Assembly (NCBI GenBank): GCA_965649765.1
Contig: OZ287758.1
Span: 19,034,001 to 19,098,000, forward strand
Direction of reading: 5' to 3'
Length of the DNA: 64,000 nucleotides
Source: Bispira polyomma
Lineage: Eukaryota
Both the position numbers and the translations under genes were made by a program. This document shows, one piece after another, positions 38,021 through 49,197 of this stretch; within the stretch, counting starts at the first letter, position 1; each line of letters begins with the position of its first letter. Under the pieces are notes generated by a model that saw only the letters and a list, made by a program, of their open reading frames with translations, did no database searches and was not told the DNA's origin.

Positions 38021-41000
38021 ATCTTGGAATATACGCAAAAAACTTTCTCCAAAAATAGTAATATGTAAATGGTAAACAAAATTTAACAGTAACTAAATTG
38101 TTTTGGTGTAAATCTCTTGTAAAAATAAAAAGTTAAATTTGGTAACCTAGTGCAAAAAAAAGAATGAAAATGTAAAATTTATGTGAAATTAATTTGTAAA
38201 ATTAAAAAGTTAAATTTAGTGCTTTAGTGCAAAACAGTGAAAGTGTGATGTTAAGGTAATTGTAGTAAAATAATGTTTACTTTGTTAATGTAATTTTTAT
38301 TAACTGCAGAATTCTGCAAATGTATTAGTCACACAACAAAAATATGTAGTAAGTTGAAGTGACATATAAGCCCATGTGGGCTGGGCAACACTATTAAAAA
38401 TCTATTGTATATGTATTAATGTATTAATGAAGTGCATGTCACTGTAATAAATAAATAAATAAATATATAGAAGACAAACAGATCACAATAAAATCAGACA
38501 ACATGATGTGCGGTCTTCACGTACCAGAGATGATTATCTCAGTTTATGTTTGAGAAACATATGGCTAATATGTGCTAAAAATTAAAGGTTATCTAAGTAT
38601 TTTAATAAAACATATACAGGATAAAATGAACATTTTAGCAGGCACCCTATCAAGACTGCAGAAACTAGAGAACCAGGCAATTAATATTAGAAACTTAATA
38701 AAAGCTAATTTTGTTTATTCTGACATTACCCTTGACATGTACATAATGGACAATTTAATTTAATTTAATTTCTGACACATAAAGACCGCTGTTATAAAGA
38801 CCAGTAAAGAGACTACAACAGACCTACAGACCAAGAACAAAGAAACACTCATTTTGATTCTTTTTTTTTGCATGATTATGCTAATAAGCATTGGCATAAT
38901 CATGCTATCCTATAGATTAAAGAGTGTAGCATAGTGGTAACCATGGTTACATGGTAAAATCTTGTAGACAGGGTAATCTCAGAACTCGCAAGGATTTCAG
39001 TTTTCATATTTGGCATACATATGAAGTCTGTTTCAGTGACGGTCCATTTTTATTTGGTGTTAATATAGCTAGAATTAAGTGAGACATAGACATTTTCTGT
39101 TTTGGGATCATGAGCTTTGATTGAATTGTCCATTACCACCCATTTCTCTCTGTGAACAGCATACCCCCTCCCCTATACAAACACCTCTCAATTCATTGTG
39201 TTCTCAGGGGGGAAGGGGTTATGTGCCTACAGCTTGTGCAGAATATGTATATAAACATACACATACACCTGTTTTGATTTTATGCTTAGGGTGTGTTGTA
39301 AACAGGTTTTACAGGCAACACGTTTTTTAATCTTTTACAAATCACTCTCAGTTGTAGTACAGTGCACGGGCCACCTTAGATAAGGGCAAAAATGATATAA
39401 GAATGATATATTAAACACAGTCGTATAGCACTTTGGGCATTTATTACATCATCTAACATCCAATGTTAATAGGTTACAACATATAACATTTACTACTAAT
39501 GTACATGAGGTGGTGAGCTTACATATTTAGGTCACCTTACATCTAGATTTTACCTCTAACAGTAAGTGAGTTAAGGTCACCATAACTTATTACAAAATGT
39601 TTTAGGTTTACTAAAACAAGTGACTTAAGGTCACCTTAACTTGAATACTTCTTTTAATCTTTAATTAAGTTTAATAAAGGTCACCATAAATTAGTGATAA
39701 GTTTTTACTAAAGTAAACATGGTGACTTTAGGCCACCTTAGTTTAAATACTGACTTTTAATTTTAAAGTGAATTTTAGATGAGCTTAACCAAGCTTTATG
39801 GTGAGGTTATCTTATTGTAACCTTTGAAATGTAAAGGTAAAGTTTTATTTTCTACTGCTACTGATGGTATAGACTATATATTATAAAATATAGTGTAAAC
39901 ATATAGTATTTACAATGCCCAAACGCCATACCAGATGTTAATGTGGTATTGTTTGTTGTAGAGATTTTGCTACAGATGCCGATGCATTAGGGGTGGACTG
40001 CAGGTATGCCCATGTCTAACCTTATATGCTGTTAGAGGCACTAATTTACCTTGAACTTTGTACATAAATACTGGCGAATCCGTTGTTTTTATTAATTCTG
40101 AACATAGTTTCAAGAGCTGCTACAGGACTTAACAGAGAACGTCCTAGCTCCAATAACTGTAGTACATGGAACTGATCGTACTTTTGTAAAGTTTTTGCCC
40201 ACCGAAGTACAACATGTATTCCCCATACAAAATCCTCACACGTCAAGTGCCTCTGAGGATTGAAATCACTAGCACTGGTTGAAACCGGGTTTAAGAGCCG
40301 AAAGAAACCGAAAAAGGCAGTTAAAATTAATGCCTTATAGACATATGCATGTGGGAATGCAGAAACATGATGAAGGACAGATGTGAGAATAGGGATGGTG
40401 ATTATCCCTTTTAATCTAGGAGCATAGGGGGTGGGAAGTGAGAGAGACTTGAAAAATAACTTTATTTGAGGGTGAGCAAAAACACTCCAATTGCTGAGAG
40501 GTAATTTCGAATGGAGGGTGGTTTTAGCCCCTGCTGAGCCATGTATTCACAAAATTGGAGGATGACTTGCAGGGATGTCGGTTCTGCTGTCCCAATGAAC
40601 ACAGCAAATGATCATGAAACCGACTGGAGTTAAGCCCTGCAACCCCAGCCCCATTATCACACCATAATTTGACAGTACAATTTTGGAAACATGTACCCCA
40701 TCCCCATAAGGCAACTAGTATATTCCACATTTCGAAGTGGACTATTACAAATGTTTTAGGTTTGTCATCCGGCAGGGCCGCAGAATACACATTATCAGCC
40801 CACATGGCTCCAATTCCCACCAGGGATGCATCAACAAATAACTCAAATACCGGTCTGTCTTTTAAATGCATTTCAACCACCACATTGAATTTTCCTAAAA
40901 ATTCATTGAACCAACTTAGGTCGGCCCTGATATCCCTGGTGAGGGTAATGTTTTTGCTGGGGTAGGTTTCCCTAAGCAGTCGTAACATTCTGTTGAGGAA

Positions 41001-42657
41001 AAGTCGCGCAGTTGCGACACACCGATGCACATACAGCAGCTTTCCCATAATTGACTCTAAGTCTCTTCTAGTACAATGAGTTTTAGAACACCATTGTTCA
41101 CATGTGGCCTTAATTTGTTCCAATTTGTCATTTGGAATTGTAAGCGTACCTTTTTGGGCATTAACTAGAATTCCCATACACACACATTCATGAGCCGGGG
41201 GAAATACTTTTTGGGGGTTTATGGGCAACCCTAAGCTTCAATTAACCGGTATAAGTGATCAAAGGAATCTTTTGCTTTTATCTTTTTTCTTTATAAATCC
41301 ATATTTGGTATTGTTTGTTTTTCATTAGATGTCTGATACTATCCGTGCCGTGTTTATACCCCTATATCATTAATACGACTGACTAACATGTCAACAGTGG
41401 GAAGGGTAAGAATGAATTCATCATAAATGCTATCTGTAACTACACTATTTACTGAGGTAGCGTCATCCCCTTTTAAAGCTTGCTGCCATGCTTCTATATT
41501 TAGTTCAGAGGGAACAGGCCTAAGTAATTAGGGCACCCCTCCCTAGTGACTGCATTATGTGCTACAATGGCCCATTGCTCTGACAAATCAAATTGCAAAG
41601 TTCTTCTTGAGTCTGGGATCCCCCCCCCCCCCCACAGCATTATAAATGCAATTGAAACCAAATGTTTCACTTGACTTTCCAGGGAACTCGTTTTTATTGT
41701 CATATGAGTGGTTTGAGGTGGTAATTTCCACCAAGCCCAAATTGCCAATTAGGGGTTCGGCCTGAAGGATTACTTTGTTTTTGACACTGCGTGAGTGACC
41801 CCTTGTGGGTGTATGACATTGATTGGAAGATTTTGGAGGGGGGGGGATCTTGTCCCCAGCTGTACAGAGGGGGAGGAGTTGCAACTACTACTATCAACTA
41901 ACTTTCATTCAACACTGTTCTAGATCTTACTGGCTGTCAGTTTTAAGCAGCCTTCTGAAAATCCTTGGAATGATTCTGAGTTTCTCCACAATGAATTTCC
42001 CTATGCAACTGTACACGCTTTCCCTGACTGTAGCACTTTGAACACGCATGTTTCAGAATCATGGTGCCAAAAACGTGGTCATCAGTCTGCCTACACATGC
42101 CCTTATTATAGGCACTGCACATGAGAATCGAACTTTTTACTTTTTTTTTTTGACCAGCACTTGCACCTTGAGGTGCCCGTTAGTAGAGGCATCCTTCAAT
42201 GTGCGTTGCATGAGGCGAGCCCTTAAGTCATGGATCTGACTTAAACTGGCCTTTCCCTTTCCCATCTCTAAGAGCACTTGACAATGGGCACTTCTTACGG
42301 TGTACCATGATGTTTCCAACCCATCTCTCATGAGCTGCATGGCATATTTTAGCATATTATCACGCATATTATTTTCTTTAAGGTTACTCCTAGCACTGAC
42401 ACAAAGTGCCGCGCATCTTCTGTAAGGCAGGGCCCTAGCTCTGGCGCTCTCAGTTCTGGGGGACCAGTCTTAGTCTTCACGCTTCAGTGCTTGCGGGCTG
42501 TATATAAGGCAGCTTCAGTCAAACGTCCCGCCATTTATAACAATAGTGTTCACAGAATAACAACTTTGGAACGGACATCTTGGAAATTCAAGTTTATGTT
42601 GCAGATTTTCTTTCTGTTTTAGTCTTTCAGTGTATTTTATCAGTTTTAAACTTTACA

Positions 42658-43683
42658 ATGCCTCCCGTGTATCATTGTTCGAGGTGTCAAGAGAAGCATG
42701 AGAGGCCGGTTGGCAATGCTTGTACTCTGGAAGCCGTGTCTGTTGAAGCCACTGCTAGCGCTGTTTCTGCTGAGGATTCATCCACTCTCCCTTCAAATTC
42801 GGGTTCAGATATTGTTTCTACTCAAATTTTACTGCAACTGCAGTCCATGGCCCAGATGATGGAGCGCATGGACCAGAGAGTTCAGCAGACAGAAGCAGCG
42901 CTGGCGGCGGACGTTCATAACAAGAATCAGGCTAGTATTGTTTCAAATTCTGTTGTTAACAGTAGTTCTGTGAGCACCGATACCAGTGAAGTTTTATCCA
43001 CTGAAACTGTAGTTCCGAATATAGAATTTTTACGGAAGAACAGTCAAATTCAAAGCCAGGTTGAATTAAGGCTGGCGGAGTTAAAACAGCTAAATGAAAA
43101 CCCACAGCAAGGTAAACTAAAGTCACAAAGGGGAGGGGGCGCTGATATATTGGTCAAGTGCGTCGTAGAATGGCCCCAAAACCACGTCTTGACGGGTAGT
43201 TGTAAATCAAGGCCCACATATGATGACTTATCAGTCAACCAATGGGTATGTGGTTTTACGCGCATCATCCAGGAAGAAAAGTCAAATGACATTAGGGAAA
43301 TTATGCTAGATTATATGGCTAATCTGATGGAAGATGCAGAGGATTTCTCTTGGGAGTCGGCAAAAGCTTGCCATGCGGTGGTGCTTACCCACATGGAAAT
43401 GGGGAAGGTTAAATGGTCAGAGGTCGAGAAGCTTGACAGATTCAGAAGGGCTCATGCCCAGAGACATATTGCTAGCAATCATTCTGGTAATAATAATCGT
43501 GGTTTGAATAAAACACAGGCCTCGGGTAAGCAGTCCACAGCGAACTGTAAGTTCTTCCAGGATGGTACGTGTAAGTTTCCCAACAGTCACAAAACCGGCA
43601 ATACCTACTTCAGGCATGGTTGCGAAACCTGTGGGGGGTCACACAAATCCACTGCATGTAGTAAGAAGAGTCTAAAAAACTGA
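42658..43683 (+). CDS. Gag-like ORF1 of YR element 2
   Basis: 341 aa from ATG 42658: N-terminal CxxC/H/C motif, WPQNH..YDDL..W..GF, FSWESAK..HA..L, C-terminal Cys/His cluster. Confidence 0.85.
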   Translation: MPPVYHCSRCQEKHERPVGNACTLEAVSVEATASAVSAEDSSTLPSNSGSDIVSTQILLQLQSMAQMMERMDQRVQQTEAALAADVHNKNQASIVSNSVVNSSSVSTDTSEVLSTETVVPNIEFLRKNSQIQSQVELRLAELKQLNENPQQGKLKSQRGGGADILVKCVVEWPQNHVLTGSCKSRPTYDDLSVNQWVCGFTRIIQEEKSNDIREIMLDYMANLMEDAEDFSWESAKACHAVVLTHMEMGKVKWSEVEKLDRFRRAHAQRHIASNHSGNNNRGLNKTQASGKQSTANCKFFQDGTCKFPNSHKTGNTYFRHGCETCGGSHKSTACSKKSLKN

Positions 43684-46193
43684 GGGGCCACTGCAATTCT
43701 GCAGTGGAAAATAGCAAAGACAAAATTTTTTCCAGAACTTTTTATAACTCAGAGTTTTGTAATTTGCAGTTATTTGATAAAGACGTAAGGGGTAAAATGC
43801 TCACTTACAATAAAGGTAAACGTGCATGCTGTTCATAAAGTGACGCATTACAAAATGTAAATAGCACAAACAAACAGGTCATTGTAAATAAAGGTAAAAG
43901 TGTCAAAATGTTCAGTGGGCGACTGGGGGATGCACGTGCAGCTGTGGATTTGACGCGAGCACACAGCCAGATACCCTCAAACGCCAATAGAACCTTGGGT
44001 GTAACACCTGTACATAAGGGTCGTGTTTACTTTGGCCCAGCCACGTGAAAAGCACAAAAGACCTGTGAGCGGGGGCAAAGTAAGCACACCAAGGAAACAA
44101 TACTTGGACGTACCAAGCCTATTATTGAATGTCTCCCGTATAAAGCACCAGTCAATAATAGTGTCCACGGAGATGCCTTGTGGCATAACAGATTTCAACC
44201 CCTATACCAAACCATTGTTGAACTCAACAATGGGGAGGTCAAGGATAGCGTGAACACAAACGAGAGTGTTAATGACAAGCCACAACAAGGTGTGAAAAAA
44301 CAAAGGCGGTTGATTAAACACAATGCTGGGAATCAGGGTAATGACAGAAATGTCAACACAAATCCAACATATCACTCAGTTGCCCCTTCAGACAAGTACG
44401 CTTTGGGGCTTAAGCAAAAACGCAAGAAAGGGGAGTTGCTAACTAAAGCCCGGACCGATGACACGTACAAGGCGTGGCATGAGCAGAATGACGTCGACTA
44501 TGGATTCATTCCACTTAACACTTTAGGAGAAAAAATTTGGGATAGGGGGGCGAAAAATCATGGCCTAAATACCTTCCAAATGCATGATAAATTAAGAGCT
44601 GATGGCAGACACAATTATAAGGGTCTCCAACTTGTGGTCGAATCGCAATTAAATGCCGACAAATGGCAAGATTACCTCGCTAAGTATTGGGACTGGCAAC
44701 TGCCCCTGCTCGTTAAGCACGGTTTCCCGTTAGACGTATGTCGAGCTAAAGTCAGTCAGTCGGACAATTGTAATCATAGTTCGGCGGAAACCTTCCCTGA
44801 ACATGTGGAGACGTATCTCAAGGAGGAGCGTAACTTTGGCGCTATATTGGGCCCCTTTAAGGACCCCCTATTAGGGACTTGCATTGTTCGCCGATGATGA
44901 CACGTGAGAAGTCCACCTCCGCTAATAGGAGAGTGATAGTCGATTTGAGTTGGCCACATGGTCAGTCGGTTAACGCAGGTGCTTCGGCTAACTCCTACCT
45001 TGACACTGATTTTATTCTATCATATCCTTCCATTGATAACATTACTATTGAAGTAACCAGATTGGGTAGAGGATGTCATATCTATAAGATTGACGTAAGT
45101 AGGGCCTTTAGGCACGTTCCCATAGACCCGGGTGACATCGATCTCCTTGGTTTAAAATGGAGAGAATTCTACGTCGATAAATGTCTGCCCTTCGGGTATC
45201 AGAATGGTAGTACCATTTTTCAGCGCCTTTCGGACGTGGTCAGATTTATAATGAAGGCGGACGGATACAAAGTTCACAACTATTTAGACGATTTTTTGAC
45301 CGTATCGTTGCCAAGTAAAATAACAGCCAGTTACGAACGTCTTCAGGCCTTGCTCAAGGAGTTTGGCCTCACGGTCAGTCAGAAGAAGTTGATTCCTCCC
45401 AGCACACGGGTAGTATGCCTAGGCATACTAATAGATACTGAAAATTATACCACCTCTATCCCGGACGAAAAAATGCAGGAAATCACGGCCAAGTGCGACA
45501 TGTGGCAAGGGAAAGAATTCTGTACTAAAAAGGAATTACAGTCGTTATTGGGCTCCCTCTTGTATGTAGCCAAATGCATTAAATATGCTAGAGTCTTTTT
45601 GAACCGCATGTTGCAATTCCTCAGAGACAATTATAGCAAAAGTCGGTTGATAGTCACTGAGGACTTCAACAGGGATTTAAATTGGTTTACAACCTTCATG
45701 AGGCATTTCAATGGCGTGTCTTTTTTCTCGCATAAGGCTACCCATGCACAGGTAGAATTAGATTTATGGTATGGGAGGCATCTGTGGCAATGACGTGTAC
45801 AAACTTAACGTACCCTCACACATGACCAGTGACAACATAGCGTCGCTTGAAATGATCAACATACTCGTTGCCCTTAAGCTATGGTCCAACGTGTGGCAAG
45901 GAAAAAAAGTTATGTTCAAATGCGACAATCAGGCAGTGGTTAGTGTCATGGAAACCGGGCGTACTCAAGATCCTGTTTTGGCTGCCTACATCAGAAACAT
46001 TTACATGTGGGCTAGCAAATTTAACATAGACATAAGAGTTATTCATATTTTGGGGGTTAAGAACAAGGTTGCAGACCTTCTCTCACGTTGGGATAAAGTG
46101 AATAATAATGAATACCTACTTGCTCAATGGGCGGGGCCGGTTAACTGGTTGCACACAGATGCCACCCTCCTAGACATTGACTACACAATTTAA
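43674..46193 (+). pseudogene. RT-RNase H ORF2 of YR element 2, with stops and frameshifts
   Basis: RRVIVDLSWPHGQSVN, KIDVSRAFR, YLDD, CDNQAVV, ADLLSRW. Breaks near 43838, 44870 and 45765 relative to element 3. Confidence 0.9.
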
Positions 46194-46230
46194 ACATGTT
46201 GTATCTTTCCTGTGGTACTATGTTTCAGGA

Positions 46231-47217
46231 ATGCAGCCGTTGGACTCCCTATTAACAAATAGAGCCTGTAAGAGACTGCATTTTGCTTTTGCTGAATCAA
46301 CAGCCAGGGCCTATGATGCCATGTTTAGACTGTTCCTGGCTTTTGGAGCTTTCATGCAATGGCCTTTATATCAGGTGACTGTATTCAGAATTTTGTCATT
46401 TTTAGAGTTTCTGACTTTTAATCACATGTCTGCTGCTCAAGTTGCAAATCATCTGTCGGCTGTTAAAGTTAAATGCATTCTTTTTCATGTAAATGTGGAT
46501 TGCTTTGCAGAGCCACGCTTATCTTATTATAGTAGGGCTCTTGCTATTAATAAGCCTTTACAAGCCAAACTTAAAACATTGTTTGATATTCCTTTGCTAA
46601 CTGCATTGGTTGCCAAATGCGACAACACATACATGGGTCAGATCTTTAAGGCTGTTTATCGGACCAGTTTTTTCAGTTTCTTGAGGCTTTCCAATTTGTG
46701 CCCACACTCTGTGGCTGGGTTCTCTCCATTGAAGCATTTGGCCAGAGGGGATGTGTTGTTTAAGCCTGGGTACATAACTCTTTTAGTGAAATGGTCTAAG
46801 ACCATGCAGGTGAACAATCAAATTAAACTGTTAAATATTCCAGTCCTGCGGAACTCATCCCTTTGTCCGGTAGCTGCGCTGAAAAATGTGCTGGCCCTTA
46901 CCCCTGTTGGCCCTAACATGCCTCTTTTTCAGTATAAGTTGGGTGGTGCTTGGGTTCCGTTGACGGATACCAGGGTTAGGCGTCACTTGAAGAATGTGCT
47001 GCAGCTCCTGGGCTGTGCTAATGCTAACCTTACTTTCCATGCGTTCCGGCGTTCAGGTGCCACATTTGCCTTTAACAATAATGTCAACATACAGGACATC
47101 CAGCGGCATGGCACTTGGACGTCGGACTGTGTCTGGAGGTACATCACGGATTCGGCCCAGACGGGGTCCCAGGTCGCTGATTGCTTCAAGGGTGCGCTTC
47201 AGCCTACTTCTAGGTAA
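46231..47217 (+). CDS. Tyrosine recombinase of YR element 2
   Basis: FLRLSN, KWSKT, HAFRRSGAT, HGTWTSD, WRY; frame is open. Confidence 0.92.
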   Translation: MQPLDSLLTNRACKRLHFAFAESTARAYDAMFRLFLAFGAFMQWPLYQVTVFRILSFLEFLTFNHMSAAQVANHLSAVKVKCILFHVNVDCFAEPRLSYYSRALAINKPLQAKLKTLFDIPLLTALVAKCDNTYMGQIFKAVYRTSFFSFLRLSNLCPHSVAGFSPLKHLARGDVLFKPGYITLLVKWSKTMQVNNQIKLLNIPVLRNSSLCPVAALKNVLALTPVGPNMPLFQYKLGGAWVPLTDTRVRRHLKNVLQLLGCANANLTFHAFRRSGATFAFNNNVNIQDIQRHGTWTSDCVWRYITDSAQTGSQVADCFKGALQPTSR

Positions 47218-48880
47218 CTCTGGTGTTTGGTGGTTTCACGTCTATAGGTCACCTGTGCAAAAAGAATATATAAATGTTATGGTATAATAAACATAAATTT
47301 GGACAGTTCACAACCCCCTTGTCCTTGGGCATAAGGTCACCTTATATCTCGGTACATTATGTACTCTTACATAATTTATCTTCCAATCACTTCGCAACCT
47401 CCATAGTATGCTTTAAATCAACCTTAAACTCAAGGTAGGGCCAACAGTTCGGGCCCATTTACTTCCATACTGACTTGAACTCAAGGTATGTTCACAATGA
47501 ACTTCAAATTTAAATCGGGCTCACTAACGGTGCCCCTTCATTGGCATACTCTTGACACATTGGTTGCTAGTCTTAAACTCAACTTAGGGCCATCGTTAGG
47601 CCCCCTCAAAATTCTTCTTGAAGGTGACCTTAAGTCTACCTTATTGTTATATAAAGAATTTAGACTGACTTTACGTTCACCTTAAACTTTCACTCACTGT
47701 AAGGTGACCTTATGCCCCTCAACTATAATCCGAAACTGTACATACTATACCTGTAGAACTAACCATGCTAGTCATTAATAAATATTTACCCGCAAGTGTT
47801 TTTCTGTGTTGCTAAAGGAATTATAAAATTATTAAGGTTTCTATTACTAACTTTCCCTTGGCCCACGGGGAACTGTACACTTTACTTTCCATTACACACA
47901 AGTTTTAAATGCTTTGTTTTGTGGCCAACCAAAAATCACTTGGGCTTCATCAGAACTAGAAAGTTATTATGGGCTGTGATGTGTGTGTATATATTGTAGG
48001 GGGTACTTTAGGATATCAATCTGAAACTATTTATATTTCACTGGGTACTTTTGGTAGTTAAATTTAAAATTTATATCAATATTTCTTTTGTTCTTTTCAA
48101 ATCGCAGAAGTGCCTCCTATAAAATGGTAGATGTGATCTCATTATTATTACAAAGTACTTTTGGGTAGATCCAATGACTTTTTCCTTTCACATGCTCTTG
48201 TTGCATAGTTCTACCTGTAGAGGGTGTAAAACAATTTTTTTTACATTAGATTAAATATAAAATACTTGCAGTATTAAATGGCCCATCAGTATATTATTTA
48301 AATTTTTAAGTTTGGGTTCTTTTCTCTGTTCCTTTGTTATCACCACGTCAATCTCTTATTAATTGTTCTCTCCAGCTCCAGTATTTGCAGGGCCAGCACA
48401 CTCTCCCACACTTATTTATTATTATTTAACCCCCAGTTTAAAAGTAAATACGTGATAAGATCATAAAAGAGAAAATCCAGTGTTGGCTCTGTATGTGTAA
48501 TTAGTTTGAAATTGTTTAATGCTGTATTTATGTAAACTTCCTATCTGGGAAATGAATGTCAGAAATGCAGGAATAAGATGCAGCAGTTAGTGTTGATAGT
48601 GTGAGGGTGGAGATTGGCAAGTGTGGAGGGTGTTGTGTGTGTGCTATAATGCATCTGTGCAAAAAATATATTAGATAGATTTATATTCTAGCACTAGGGT
48701 TTACATGTTTATTAATTCCAGCACATCCTAGATTCCTACATTAGTTACATATATCTTTTTGTAACTGTTATATATGTGGCCTGTTTTTGACAGTACATAC
48801 ATGTATAATCATTTCCGAATGAAGGTCGCTAGAGTAGAAAGATTATGTACATGTTTTCTGTGCCAATAATGTACGATATT

Positions 48881-49197
48881 TTTTATTAAAATCAAATATT
48901 AAACATATATAAGGGTACTTGCTTCTACTTGGGGTTTTTGCCTTTTTCATTTAATGAATATTCATATATTTCTAAGGAAAGCGATTTATCAAAAATCAAA
49001 TCTCGACAACCCACGTTTCTGTTTCCAATATAGTTACTTTGCAGTAAAGCTAAAATTTTAAGATTCTATGAAGTTGAATAGCATGCAGTAAAATATGTAA
49101 CATCACTTCACGACTCTGTTATAAAATGACAAAAGGAGAAACCCCCAAATAGAAGCAAGTACCCTTTATTTGTTTAATATTTAATTTTAATGAAAAA
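48881..49197. mobile_element. Palindromic non-autonomous DNA element (MITE-like)
   Basis: ~72-bp imperfect IR including AAGGGTACTTGCTTCTA / TAGAAGCAAGTACCCTT. Confidence 0.7.

Larger units (their letters stand above)
33650..38465 (+). mobile_element. RTEX-like LINE, near full length, degenerate
   Basis: ORF1, APE, RT and C-terminal LRIETGRY..CLVC..EDEIHFLCNC; (AAAT)n tail at 38446-38465. 5' boundary approximate. Confidence 0.8.
42420..47877 (+). mobile_element. Ngaro-like YR retrotransposon, element 2, full length
   Basis: gag, RT-RH and YR. Both junctions carry CTGTA (42420-42424, 47873-47877); removal rejoins element-4 gag in frame (WPQN..KVKCTEDARHFVS). Confidence 0.92.
39358..48400 (-). 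mobile_element. Ngaro-like YR retrotransposon, element 4 (degenerate), interrupted by element 2
   Basis: Minus strand: gag WPQN (about 47920) and SW..VRSAHCQVLLEM (about 42270-42320), RT C-terminus/RNaseH at 40524-41228, YR at about 39950-40530 (FFRL, WAKTLQ), 3' end GGCCCGTGCACTGTA at 39358. 5' boundary approximate. Confidence 0.8.

Noticed and set aside
39510-39840. CRISPR array call for the interspaced palindromes
   Set aside because: Repeats are only ~15 bp and degenerate, spacing varies, no cas genes are present and the context is eukaryotic. Reported instead as a YR-element 3' module.
42392-42410. GCACT-GACACAA-AGTGC inverted repeat as a Ngaro B1/A2 or circle junction
   Set aside because: It lies outside the element-2 boundary defined by element 3 and reads as host element-4 gag coding sequence (HFVSV) on the minus strand.
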